From: an uncultured Gemmatimonadaceae bacterium
Lineage (GTDB): Bacteria > Gemmatimonadota > Gemmatimonadetes > Gemmatimonadales > Gemmatimonadaceae
DNA: 64,000 nt
Direction: 5' to 3'
NCBI GenBank assembly: GCA_963781585.1
Contig: CAWAGQ010000008.1
Location: forward strand, 256,001-320,000
Shown here: piece after piece, positions 40,123 through 49,566 of the stretch
How the letters are laid out: the number at the start of each line of letters is the position of its first letter
Position numbering within the stretch: position 1 is the first letter of the stretch
Translations under genes and position numbers: made by a program
The notes under the pieces: model-generated
What the model was told of the DNA's origin: nothing
What the model saw: the letters and a program-made list of their open reading frames with translations, nothing else
The model's database searches: none

Positions 40123-40884
40123 TCAAACTGTCGATGGTGAATGCGTGACGACGGTGCCACGCGACCGGTCCTGCAGCGATAACACGTCTCCTATGCGAAC
40201 ACAGGGCACCCCACCGGCCATCGCGCGCCGCGCGGCCTGCAGTTTGGCGGCCATGCCGCCACGCGCCACACCGCCATCGAGCAATAATTCGATATCATCC
40301 GCGTCCACGCTCGTTAGCGGTATCCCAGCGGTATCGAGTACGCCAGCCACGTCCACCACGAGATGCAGCTCGTCTGCGGAAACTGACTCGGCAATCGCGG
40401 CTGCTGCATCGTCTCCGTTGATGTTCAATCCGCCACCGCCGACAACATCGCGCCCAACGGGTGAAATCACTGGAACGAATCCCTCACCAAGGAGGGTGTC
40501 CAGCAGGCGGCGATCAGCAAGCGCCGGACGGCCGACCGCTCCCAGCCGTCCCTCGTCGTAGAGCATCGCTGGCAGCAATCCACCGTCCTCTCCCGAGACC
40601 CCAACGGCGGGCACTCCTGCATTCAGCAGCTGGCTCACCAGCCGCTTGTTGACCATCCCGGACAGAACCATTCGCACAACGTCCATGTCTTCGGGACTCG
40701 TGTAGCGCCGTCCGCCGACGAAATGTGCCTCTCGACCGAGCCGTCGCTGGATATCAGTAAGCTCCTCCCCACCGCCATGAACCACACACAGGCGCCACCG
40801 AGGGTCCATGGTCAGGGATGCCAGAACACCGGCAAGAGCAGGATCCGCCTGGACTCGTCCACCAATCTTCACAACACGTATCAC
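40123..40884 (-). CDS. argB: Acetylglutamate kinase
   Basis: VVKIGG, VHGGG, NINGD, GGMAAK. Confidence 0.92.
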   Translation of the reverse strand: MIRVVKIGGRVQADPALAGVLASLTMDPRWRLCVVHGGGEELTDIQRRLGREAHFVGGRRYTSPEDMDVVRMVLSGMVNKRLVSQLLNAGVPAVGVSGEDGGLLPAMLYDEGRLGAVGRPALADRRLLDTLLGEGFVPVISPVGRDVVGGGGLNINGDDAAAAIAESVSADELHLVVDVAGVLDTAGIPLTSVDADDIELLLDGGVARGGMAAKLQAARRAMAGGVPCVRIGDVLSLQDRSRGTVVTHSPSTV

Positions 40885-41840
40885 TGGGGTAGTCCTAGAG
40901 TCTCGGTCAGGCCGAGCGCCAGATTGGCATTCTGGAGTGCTTGGCCCGCCGCTCCCTTCATGAGATTGTCAATCGCCGTCAATACCAGAAGAGCAGGCTG
41001 CCTCAGGCCCTGGATGGTGCGAACACTGATCCGAGCTACGTTTCGGCGTACCACGTCACGGAGCGATGGCAGGTCAGACGTCACTTCCACAAAAGGCTCG
41101 CCGGCATAGTGGTCCCGCCAGATCTGCAACGGATTGGCCAGCACATCGCTCATCGGTACGGTCATGCTCGCAAGAATGCCCCGAGCCACGGGCAACAGGT
41201 GCGGCGTGAATACGAGGTCGACATCGGCTCCCAGCGACGAGAGGACCGCACGCATCTCCCGCACATGCCCATGCTCATTGCCAACGGCGTATGCACGGAA
41301 ATTCTCCGCGACCTCACCAAACATCAGATCGGCACGCAGTGCGTTCCCAGCCCCGGTAACTCCGCTTGCGGCATGCACAACGATCAGGCCACCGGAACGA
41401 GTCAGCCCGCGTAGCAGCAGAGGCGCCAAGCCCAGCAGTACCGCTGTCGGGTAGCACCCTGGGTTGGCCACGACTGTCGCTCCTCGCAGGGTCTCACGGG
41501 TCAGCTCCGTCAACCCGTAGGGCACAGACTCGCTGGTATGGCCGGGGCGCAGGTCGGACGAAAGATCGATTGCGCGAACCCCCGCTCCTCGAACCCGGTG
41601 CACCCACTCCCCCGAGGCACCGTGCGGAAGAGCGCTGAACACCAGCTCCGTCTGTTGGAACGGCGCGTCGTCGGACGCAACCATCACAATCGAGCGTCCG
41701 TCAACAAGGATTTGCTCGCCGCGTCGCTCGTTCGCGGCTGCAAAGCCGAGCTTTAGCCGAGGGTGAGCGCCAATCAGAGCGCAGAGCTCTCGCCCTGCGT
41801 AGCCACTTGCGCCGAGGACGCCGACGGGAATTCTATGCAC
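40881..41840 (-). CDS. argC: N-acetyl-gamma-glutamyl-phosphate reductase
   Basis: GASGYAG, ANPGCYPT, SGVTGAG, IDNLMKGAAGQA. Confidence 0.95.
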   Translation of the reverse strand: MHRIPVGVLGASGYAGRELCALIGAHPRLKLGFAAANERRGEQILVDGRSIVMVASDDAPFQQTELVFSALPHGASGEWVHRVRGAGVRAIDLSSDLRPGHTSESVPYGLTELTRETLRGATVVANPGCYPTAVLLGLAPLLLRGLTRSGGLIVVHAASGVTGAGNALRADLMFGEVAENFRAYAVGNEHGHVREMRAVLSSLGADVDLVFTPHLLPVARGILASMTVPMSDVLANPLQIWRDHYAGEPFVEVTSDLPSLRDVVRRNVARISVRTIQGLRQPALLVLTAIDNLMKGAAGQALQNANLALGLTETLGLPQ

Positions 41841-41862
41841 ACAGAATGCATATTGTTGCATT
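41824..41862 (-). promoter_or_regulatory. Tandem ARG boxes (3-bp spacing) at the argC start
   Basis: AATGCAACAATATGCATT (41862-41845), 3 bp, then TGTGCATAGAATTCCCGT. Confidence 0.75.
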
Positions 41863-42051
41863 CCCTCGCTGTCAACGGCGTCGTCACACCAGCTGCTTAC
41901 GGATTCCGGAGGAGTGCCGCGGGCATCCAGCGGGTGACATTCGGGCGATCACCACGAACTCGCCGAACGGGCATCAAGCCCTCCTCGAACCAGTAGGACG
42001 ACTTACGACCTCGCCTAGCGTCTGCTATCGTCGAGGCGGAAATCAGCCGAG

Positions 42052-42522
42052 GTGTCCGACATCGTGCAGAAGAAGCAGCGTCATCGCCTCATTCTCGAGA
42101 TCGTCGAGTCCCAGCCCGTTCCGAGTCAGGAGGAGCTTCGTCGCCTGCTGCACGACCGCGGTCTTCAGGTGACGCAGTCGACCCTCTCGCGCGATCTTCG
42201 CGAACTCCGACTCGCGCGGATACCATCTCCGAGTGGGGTTCGGTATGCGTCGCCCGACGCCGCCACGGACGACGCCCGGGCCATGTTGGATGACGTGCTG
42301 CCGCAGTTCTTTGCGACGATGGACGGTGTGCGCGAGCTGCTCGTCCTCAAGACTGTTCCCGGCGGAGCACAACCGATTGCGGAGGCGCTCGACTTTGAGG
42401 GGTTCTCGGACGTCTTGGGCACGCTCGGTGGCGAAAACACCGTGCTTGTAATTTGTCGTTCGGTTGGGGCCCGCGAACGTCTTGAGCGGCGCATCCAGAG
42501 ACTGACCAGAAAGGGCGGATGA
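42052..42522 (+). CDS. argR: Arginine repressor
   Basis: SQEEL, VTQSTLSRDL, KTVPGGA, GTLGGENT. Confidence 0.95.
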   Translation: MSDIVQKKQRHRLILEIVESQPVPSQEELRRLLHDRGLQVTQSTLSRDLRELRLARIPSPSGVRYASPDAATDDARAMLDDVLPQFFATMDGVRELLVLKTVPGGAQPIAEALDFEGFSDVLGTLGGENTVLVICRSVGARERLERRIQRLTRKGG

Positions 42523-42702
42523 CTGCCTGATTCTCGGGCGTTCGATCACGACCATCGCAAGGTTCCAGGAGCGTCGTCCACCCCCTCGAAGATATCTCCC
42601 CCCTGACAAGGCGCCGCCACGGGCCACCACTACCTCCGAGCTGTGCGGTGGGTTGCGACCAAATCGTTCGAGATCGCTGTCCGGATTGACGGGCGCACAC
42701 GG

Positions 42703-42741
42703 GCCGGTTAATTATGCACAACGGGTGAATACATATCACGT
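42703..42741 (+). promoter_or_regulatory. Tandem ARG boxes upstream of argG
   Basis: GCCGGTTAATTATGCACA, 3 bp, then GGTGAATACATATCACGT; TTGACG just upstream. Confidence 0.65.
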
Positions 42742-42764
42742 CGCACGTTTTGCGGAGTTTGCCG

Positions 42765-44015
42765 ATGCAGACCATTGTGCTCGCATACTCGGGCGGGCTG
42801 GATACTTCGATCATTGTCCCGTGGTTGCGTGATCACCACGACGCAGAAGTCGTCTGCGTGGCAGCAGATGTAGGACAAGGCACAGACGAACTCCGAGGTA
42901 TTCGCGAAAAGGCCCTCCGCTCGGGAGCATCCGAGTGCTATGTCGAAGATCTGCGTCGTGAGTTCGTCGAGTCTTTCGCTTTCCCAACGCTGCGTGCGGG
43001 AGCCGTGTACGGTCGCAAGTATCTTCTCGGCACGTCGATGGCCCGTCCGCTCATCGCACGCCGACAGGTGGAAGTGGCACGCGCGATCGGTGCCAGCGCG
43101 TTGGCACATGGGTGCACGGGAAAAGGCAACGATCAGGTGAGGTTCGAACTCACATACATGGCGTTTGCGCCGGAACTCGAGGTCATTGCCCCATGGCGCG
43201 AGTGGGACATCCGGAGCCGGGAGGATGCCCTCGCCTACGCTTCAGCAAAGGGGATTCCTGTCGCGGCATCGGCAAGGAAGATCTACTCACGAGATCGCAA
43301 TCTCTGGCACATCTCGCACGAGGGTGGAGTGCTCGAAGACCCGAATCAGCCGCCCCCGGAGGATCTCTTTCTCCTGACCCTCGACCCAGCCCACGCACCA
43401 GACCAGCCGGAGTTAATCACCATCGGGTTTTCGCAGGGCACACCCGTATCGGTCAATGGAGATATCCTCGACCCGGTCGAGCTCGTGACTGCGCTCAATG
43501 CGGTAGCGGGCCGACACGGAGTGGGTCGGGCTGACATCGTCGAGGATCGCCTCGTCGGGATGAAGTCTCGCGGCGTATACGAAACTCCGGGCGGCACACT
43601 GCTCTACACCGCACTCGGCGAACTTGAAATGCTCGTGCTGGACCGCCGTTCTCTCGCAGCCAAGGACCTCATCGCACCACGATACGCTGACCTCGTCTAC
43701 GAAGGCCGATGGTGGAGCACCGAGCGTGAGGCCTACGACGCGTTTGTCGCCAAGCTCCAAGAGCTGGTGAGCGGTTCCGTTACGCTAAAGTTGTTCAAGG
43801 GCAGTGTCGCGGTCGCTGGGCGCGAAAGCGAGAACGCTCTGTACGACGATCGGTTCGTCACGTTCGGTGAGGACGACGTGTACCAGCAGAGCGATGCGGC
43901 CGGTTTTATCCGCCTCTACGGATTGCCAAGCCGCGTTCGTGCCCTGAAGGAACTGGAGAGAGGCGGGACCCATCAGGGTTCCGCGGCGACTCCTCCTGCG
44001 CTCGCGCTCACGTGA
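42765..44015 (+). CDS. argG: Argininosuccinate synthase
   Basis: LAYSGGLDTS, HGCTGKGNDQVRFE, KSRGVYETP. Confidence 0.97.
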   Translation: MQTIVLAYSGGLDTSIIVPWLRDHHDAEVVCVAADVGQGTDELRGIREKALRSGASECYVEDLRREFVESFAFPTLRAGAVYGRKYLLGTSMARPLIARRQVEVARAIGASALAHGCTGKGNDQVRFELTYMAFAPELEVIAPWREWDIRSREDALAYASAKGIPVAASARKIYSRDRNLWHISHEGGVLEDPNQPPPEDLFLLTLDPAHAPDQPELITIGFSQGTPVSVNGDILDPVELVTALNAVAGRHGVGRADIVEDRLVGMKSRGVYETPGGTLLYTALGELEMLVLDRRSLAAKDLIAPRYADLVYEGRWWSTEREAYDAFVAKLQELVSGSVTLKLFKGSVAVAGRESENALYDDRFVTFGEDDVYQQSDAAGFIRLYGLPSRVRALKELERGGTHQGSAATPPALALT

Positions 44016-45481
44016 CCCCGGCACAGGTACTCGACGACAACTCGCCGGCACAGTCCCCGTCTGGCCACAGACTTTGGGGAGGACGATTCGCCCGGGGAAC
44101 ATCTGAGGTCATGGACGCGATCAATCGCTCCATTGGTCAGGATTTGCGGCTGTGGCCTTTCGACATCAAACTCTCCAAGGCTTGGGCGGTCGCACTCTGG
44201 AGTGCCGGCGTCCTGTCGCTGCAGGAAAGCCGCGAGATCGAGCGCGGCCTGGACCTGGTAGGCGACCGGCTGGCCGCAGGAGAGAATCCAGTGCCGACCG
44301 ACGAGGACGTGCACACGATGATCGACCGGATGCTGCACGAAGCGATCGGCGACGTCGCATCCAAGCTTCACACGGGTCGAAGCCGCAACGACCAGGTCGC
44401 GACCGCAACCCGCATGTGGATGATCGACGCATGCTCGCGTCTCGATGATGTCATCAAGGCGCTGCAACGCGTCATGTTGCGTCAGGCGGAGACCCTCGAA
44501 CAGGCTATTGTTCCTTCGTACACACACCTGCAACGCGCACAACCCGTCAGCGGAGCACACTGGATGCTGTCTCATTTCTGGCCGCTCCAGCGCGACCGCT
44601 CTCGCCTGGCTGCCGCAGCCCGTGCCGCTTCCGTGCTTCCACTCGGCAGCGGGGCCGTTGCCGGTTGTGCATTCCCGGTGTCACGGGTCCTGCTTCAGGG
44701 AAGCCTTGGCTTTGCCGCCATCTCGAGCAACAGCATCGATGCCGTAGCGGACCGAGACTTCGTCGCAGAGGGAGTCTTCGCCCTGTCGCTGCTGGCGGTT
44801 CACGTGTCCCGACTTGCCGAGGACCTGATCATTTTCGGCTCTGCGGAATTCGGGTTCGTGCGCTTTGGCGACGCCTTCACAACGGGGTCGAGCATGATGC
44901 CTCAGAAGAGGAACCCCGATGCGCTGGAGATCTCGCGCGGCTCCGCGTCGCGCCTCCTGGGAGACCTCACTTCTCTGCTCGCCACACTGAAAGGACTGCC
45001 CAGCGGGTACAACAAGGACCTTCAGGATGACAAGCGAGTGCTCTTCGACGCTGTGGATGCCATGTCGCTTGTCCTGCCGGCTGTTTCCGGCACGCTCAGC
45101 GAGCTCCGGTTCGACGTCGACAGGATGCGGAAAGCCGTATCCAGCACGATGATGTCGACGGACTTGGCCGACTATCTGGTGGCCAAAGGGGTGAGCTTTC
45201 GGGAAGCGCATGCTTCAGTCGGGCAGCTTATCCGGCAGAGCGAGGACAACGGTGTCGACCTTGCGGATCTGCCAAGAGCGTCCTACGCGCACGCGAACGC
45301 CCGATTCGGCCCAGATGTACTCGATGCCCTCTCACCACTTGCGTCGTTGTTACGTCGTGATATCGACGGTGGGACAGGTCCAAATGCGGTTCACACACAG
45401 TTGGAGCGAGCGGGTGCCAGCATCGAGCAACCCGCAGAGCCGCCCGGAAATCGATTCCCGCAGGCTACGAGCCACCGATAG
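44012..45481 (+). CDS. argH: Argininosuccinate lyase
   Basis: LWGGRF, HTGRSRNDQ, GSSMMPQKRNPD, YNKDLQ. Confidence 0.96.
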   Translation: MTPAQVLDDNSPAQSPSGHRLWGGRFARGTSEVMDAINRSIGQDLRLWPFDIKLSKAWAVALWSAGVLSLQESREIERGLDLVGDRLAAGENPVPTDEDVHTMIDRMLHEAIGDVASKLHTGRSRNDQVATATRMWMIDACSRLDDVIKALQRVMLRQAETLEQAIVPSYTHLQRAQPVSGAHWMLSHFWPLQRDRSRLAAAARAASVLPLGSGAVAGCAFPVSRVLLQGSLGFAAISSNSIDAVADRDFVAEGVFALSLLAVHVSRLAEDLIIFGSAEFGFVRFGDAFTTGSSMMPQKRNPDALEISRGSASRLLGDLTSLLATLKGLPSGYNKDLQDDKRVLFDAVDAMSLVLPAVSGTLSELRFDVDRMRKAVSSTMMSTDLADYLVAKGVSFREAHASVGQLIRQSEDNGVDLADLPRASYAHANARFGPDVLDALSPLASLLRRDIDGGTGPNAVHTQLERAGASIEQPAEPPGNRFPQATSHR

Positions 45482-45707
45482 GGACGGCCGCTCTGGATAA
45501 GCTCGCCAATCTTTCCGCACTCCAACGCGTGACGAAACGGCCCTCGTTGGATCGGTGGCAGTGCTGGCTGGCCCACCACTATTTAGTCTCGCGAGCAACG
45601 CTTGAGGTGACGGGCCGCGTACGCAAATCTTCTGTTGCCACATTGTTATCGCAGGTTGGACGGGGAGTAACCTTGGCCATGTCCACCACGAAGTGGCGGG
45701 AGTACCA

Positions 45708-45737
45708 TATATTATCCTCATCACGGAGGATAATATA
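45708..45737 (+). promoter_or_regulatory. 12-bp perfect inverted repeat TATATTATCCTC-N6-GAGGATAATATA covering the RBS of the downstream gene
   Basis: Read directly; GTG start at 45740. Confidence 0.75.
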
Positions 45738-45739
45738 GC

Positions 45740-46114
45740 GTGCCGGCATTCAACACGCGTGCGGCGGCAATGTCATTAGGAATGTCGGCGAAATCCCTCG
45801 AGAACCTATTCTCGCACCTGCTCAATCCGGCAGCACCGCACGGCGTACAGGGCCGCGATAGGCGGATCCCTTTGGACATCATTCTGCGTATCGCGGTTGC
45901 GCGAGATATACGGGATACGTTCGGGTGCTCATGGAGTCGAGCGCTAGACATTGCTGAGCGCCTTGATGCGTCTGGGGAAGTCGTGTCTGCCGGCGCCTTG
46001 CTGTCCCTCCGGGCAGATATCGCCTCGTACCGAGCGCAACTGCGGGAACGGTTGACCGAGGCTACGGAGTCGGTGCTTACTCGGCGCAGAGGGCGGCCGA
46101 GTTCGCGAACTTGA
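45740..46114 (+). CDS. Small hypothetical protein, possible HTH DNA-binding
   Basis: GGAGGA RBS; N-terminal TRAAAMSLGMSAKSLENL is HTH-like; basic C-terminal RRRGRP. Confidence 0.6.
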   Translation: MPAFNTRAAAMSLGMSAKSLENLFSHLLNPAAPHGVQGRDRRIPLDIILRIAVARDIRDTFGCSWSRALDIAERLDASGEVVSAGALLSLRADIASYRAQLRERLTEATESVLTRRRGRPSSRT

Positions 46115-46132
46115 CTAGGTAGCTTTGGACTG

Positions 46133-47374
46133 GTGGGCCAGCGGAGGTTCAGTCTCGTGACGATCGGGCATCGAAGACGAACGGCAACCGTCAACGTCGG
46201 CGGCGTGTTGGTGGGCTCTGACCATCCGATCGTCGTGCAGTCGATGACGAATACGGATACAGCCGATGCCGAGGGGACAGCACACCAGATCATTGCGCTG
46301 GTCCATGCTGGCTCCGAACTGGTGCGAGTGACCGTAAACAACGATGCCGCCGCTGTCGCTGTTCCAGAGATCAATGCCCGCCTCAGGGACCGGGGGGTAC
46401 ACGTTCCCATCATTGGGGACTTCCACTATAACGGACACCTGCTCCTCACCCGCTATCCTGCGTGCGCAGAGGTGCTGGCGAAGTACCGGATCAACCCAGG
46501 GAACGTCGGCAGCCGTCGGCGCGACGAGAACTTTCGTACCATCGTCCGATGTGCTGTCGACCATCAGAAGCCCGTTCGCATCGGTGTGAACTGGGGTTCG
46601 CTCGATCAGGATCTCCTCACAGCGATGATGGACGAGAACGCGAGGCTCGCAAGCCCGAGCGACGCCCGAGATGTGTACATCGAGGCCATGGTTGAGAGCG
46701 GCCTGCGTTCGGCGTCGCTGGCCGAGGAAACCGGACTGTCCCACGATCGCATCATCATTTCCGCGAAGGTCTCCCAAGTACCTGACCTGGTTGATGTCTA
46801 TCGGCGTTTGGGCACGCGCTGCGACTTTCCTCTACACCTCGGCCTTACCGAAGCAGGTTTAGGCACGAAGGGCGTCATTGCCAGCACTGCTGGTCTGGCC
46901 ATCGTCATGGCGGAGGGTATCGGTGACACCATCCGCGTATCACTGACCCCGCGCCCCGGAGGTGATCGCACCGAAGAAGTTCGCGTGGCGCAGCAGATCC
47001 TCCAGTCGCTGGGGCTTCGCCAGTTCGCCCCACAGGTAACGGCCTGCCCAGGATGCGGCAGGACCACATCCACGTTCTTTCAGCAAATGGCGGAAGACAT
47101 CCAGTCTTACATTCGAGATCAGATGCCAGTGTGGCGACGCAGCCACGTGGGAATGGAAGACCTGCGCATCGCGGTCATGGGATGTGTCGTGAACGGACCA
47201 GGCGAATCAAAGCACGCCCATGTCGGGATATCACTTCCGGGAACCTCCGAAGAACCCAGAGCGCCTGTATATGTCGATGGACGACTGAGCACGACGCTGC
47301 GAGGGGATGATATCGTGCCGCAGTTTCTCCGAATTGTCGATGAGTACGTCAGCGCACACTATGCCGCGCGATGA
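46133..47374 (+). CDS. ispG: (E)-4-hydroxy-3-methylbut-2-enyl-diphosphate synthase
   Basis: [39 protein letters not shown]; start may be 46157. Confidence 0.96.
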   Translation: MGQRRFSLVTIGHRRRTATVNVGGVLVGSDHPIVVQSMTNTDTADAEGTAHQIIALVHAGSELVRVTVNNDAAAVAVPEINARLRDRGVHVPIIGDFHYNGHLLLTRYPACAEVLAKYRINPGNVGSRRRDENFRTIVRCAVDHQKPVRIGVNWGSLDQDLLTAMMDENARLASPSDARDVYIEAMVESGLRSASLAEETGLSHDRIIISAKVSQVPDLVDVYRRLGTRCDFPLHLGLTEAGLGTKGVIASTAGLAIVMAEGIGDTIRVSLTPRPGGDRTEEVRVAQQILQSLGLRQFAPQVTACPGCGRTTSTFFQQMAEDIQSYIRDQMPVWRRSHVGMEDLRIAVMGCVVNGPGESKHAHVGISLPGTSEEPRAPVYVDGRLSTTLRGDDIVPQFLRIVDEYVSAHYAAR

Positions 47375-47424
47375 GTCGCCCCGTCAGACCGTTGGTGCTC
47401 TGGCGCCGTGTCGCTGGTCCCGGC

Positions 47425-48027
47425 TCAATCACGCCACGATTCGAGCGCGCTCACAATCTCCGCCAACTCGTCCCTGATCGGCGCGTAGAAGCCGACATCT
47501 CGCAGGCGATCATGGATACGACGATACCAGTGCACCGTTTCGGTCCGTCCTCCTGGCAACTGACTCCACACAGATGTCGGGTCTACGGTACGTCGCAGGT
47601 TTGAGAGAGCAGTTGCCGCGCTATGCAGTGCGATCGCGGCAAGGACCCAACGTGCCGGCTCCGACATCGCGCTCAGACGGTCGAGAATATCCTCCCGCCG
47701 CTCATCGTATGAGAGCTCGACTCCGTCGTCGCCCGTGCGCCGCTGCGAGACCGCGAGCAAAGTCTCCAGTACCTCGTCGCCGAACTTATCGAGAATTCGC
47801 TGCCTGAGCGTCACGGCCGCATAGCCGTTGCCAAGGGTGTCCTCCGCCACCGAGTGCAGAATCCCTGCGATCACCGTTGTGTCATCACGCTCGTAGCGAG
47901 CCAGAACGAGGCCCACGTTCGCAGGTTGCGTGAAATATGGCGGCTTCATACCACGCCTGACCTGTTGATCGTGCTGCTTGGCAGCAAACGCCAGCGCGTG
48001 GTCGATTCTGTCCGAATAGCCCCGCAT
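47425..48027 (-). CDS. RelA/SpoT-type HD domain protein (small alarmone hydrolase-like), degenerate active site
   Basis: ALAFAAKQHDQQVRR, PYFTQP, AGILHSVAEDT, KFGDEV. Confidence 0.75.
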   Translation of the reverse strand: MRGYSDRIDHALAFAAKQHDQQVRRGMKPPYFTQPANVGLVLARYERDDTTVIAGILHSVAEDTLGNGYAAVTLRQRILDKFGDEVLETLLAVSQRRTGDDGVELSYDERREDILDRLSAMSEPARWVLAAIALHSAATALSNLRRTVDPTSVWSQLPGGRTETVHWYRRIHDRLRDVGFYAPIRDELAEIVSALESWRD

Positions 48028-48111
48028 GGTCACTCCGATGTGCCGCGTTCTCGTACCGTCAGATAGGGAGAGAGACGCTGCATCCGCAGCACGGGGCGAA
48101 GCCGGACCCGA

Positions 48112-48612
48112 CTAGCTGGCGTCATCAGTCGACGTGAACCACGTCACCAGTCGTTCCAGTCCCAGTGTGTCGTCACTATCGAAGGTGTCGGGCCTCTCGC
48201 TATCGATGTCGAGGACTGCTGACAGTTGCTCGTGCCTGTCGAAGACTGGCACAACGATTTCGGAACGTGCCCGGGCATCACACACGATGTGACCGGGGAA
48301 CTGGCTCACATCGGGTACGATGATGGTTCGGCGCTGCGCGGCGGCGGTACCGCACACCCCTGATCCCAGCGGTATTTCCAAACAGCCCAGCGAACCTTGA
48401 TACGGTCCAACGCGCAGAACGGAGCCAGACGACACCGCTCGGTAGAAGCCGACCCACAGATGGCCAAACCCCTCTCGAAGGAGGCAGCTGATGGTGGCCA
48501 TCCCTGCGACCGGATCGTGAATTCCGGACAACACCGCACGACAATGCGCGTCCAGCTGCCGATACGCTTCCCCCTTGGGAAGACCCCGTAAATCGAGCAT
48601 CGTCGCAGTCAT
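48112..48612 (-). CDS. msrC: GAF-domain free methionine-R-sulfoxide reductase-like protein
   Basis: WVGFY, GPYQGSLGC, GVCGTAA, HIVCD, SEIVVP, VLDIDS. Confidence 0.85.
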   Translation of the reverse strand: MTATMLDLRGLPKGEAYRQLDAHCRAVLSGIHDPVAGMATISCLLREGFGHLWVGFYRAVSSGSVLRVGPYQGSLGCLEIPLGSGVCGTAAAQRRTIIVPDVSQFPGHIVCDARARSEIVVPVFDRHEQLSAVLDIDSERPDTFDSDDTLGLERLVTWFTSTDDAS

Positions 48613-48649
48613 CGCCAACCGAACCCCGGGGTGGCCCCCCAGTCTCCGC

Positions 48650-49150
48650 TCATGGGATAACGGTGATTTCTCCCTTCATCCCCATGGCCAGGTGTGGTGT
48701 GCAGTGAAAGGGATACTTCCCCAGCGGCAGATTACCCAGGGAGAGCAGCAGGGTGTCATTCTCCGCAATGAGCATGTCGGAAGTCCCATCTGTGCTGTTC
48801 GGCATGTTGGCAAACAGCTGTTCCTTGGAGCCAGCGGGAATAGTAGCAGGGTCAAATGCGATGTTGTGAGGTGGTAGCGACATGACTACAAACCGGATGC
48901 CGTCTCCCACCCTGGCGGTGATGTTCGCCGGTTCAAACCGATAGCCTTGGGCGTCGCCGATCAGCTTGACTTCGTGAATCTGTCCCGTGATGGGCGCCGC
49001 TGCCACTGAACGGCCCGGCGACGCGGGCATGGGAGCTGGCATCGCCACGGTATCAAGATTCGAAGTGGTATCAACATGGCTCGGCTCGCCGCCACTACAA
49101 GCCCCGAGCATGAGCATGCCCGACGCCAGAACGAGCCTGAAATACCTCAT
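48650..49150 (-). CDS. Plastocyanin/azurin-family blue-copper lipoprotein
   Basis: Lipobox LGAC; type-1 Cu ligands PHN...CTPHLAMGM. Confidence 0.9.
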   Translation of the reverse strand: MRYFRLVLASGMLMLGACSGGEPSHVDTTSNLDTVAMPAPMPASPGRSVAAAPITGQIHEVKLIGDAQGYRFEPANITARVGDGIRFVVMSLPPHNIAFDPATIPAGSKEQLFANMPNSTDGTSDMLIAENDTLLLSLGNLPLGKYPFHCTPHLAMGMKGEITVIP

Positions 49151-49226
49151 CACCAATGACCTCTATCGGCTAAGCAAGGTGGGTGAGCAGAGCGCTGGCT
49201 GTCGCCCAGGAGGCCGGGCGTTGGAG

Positions 49227-49244
49227 TTGTGAACTTATTCACAA
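49227..49244. promoter_or_regulatory. Rex-type operator TTGTGAA-CTTA-TTCACAA
   Basis: Exact match to the TTGTGAA-N4-TTCACAA consensus, upstream of the blue-copper gene. Confidence 0.75.
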
Positions 49245-49566
49245 GCGGCTCGAACGCAACGGTTTGAGAGCCGGGTCAGTCACTCGAGATTCGCTTCGCA
49301 CCGGAGAGCCTGAAGCGACAATCCTGGGGGGCTGCTACGTTGATGTCGTCCTCCTCACTGCGCTCGCGATCCGTGGCGAACGGCCACCAGTAGTCCCGGA
49401 GCCACAGCCTTGCCGCGGCTGCTCTTCTCCTTCTCTCCTCCCTTTCTCACTGATATGGACAGATCTTCTCCAACGGCCCATGAACGAACACCATGACTGA
49501 CGCACCCGCATCCGTCGCCCGCCCCGTCATTGAGCGTGTGCCCAACGCGCCCGTCGCGATTCCTCA

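Noticed and set aside
49235..49243. DnaA box TTATTCACA
   Set aside because: Single mismatched copy, better explained as half of the Rex palindrome.
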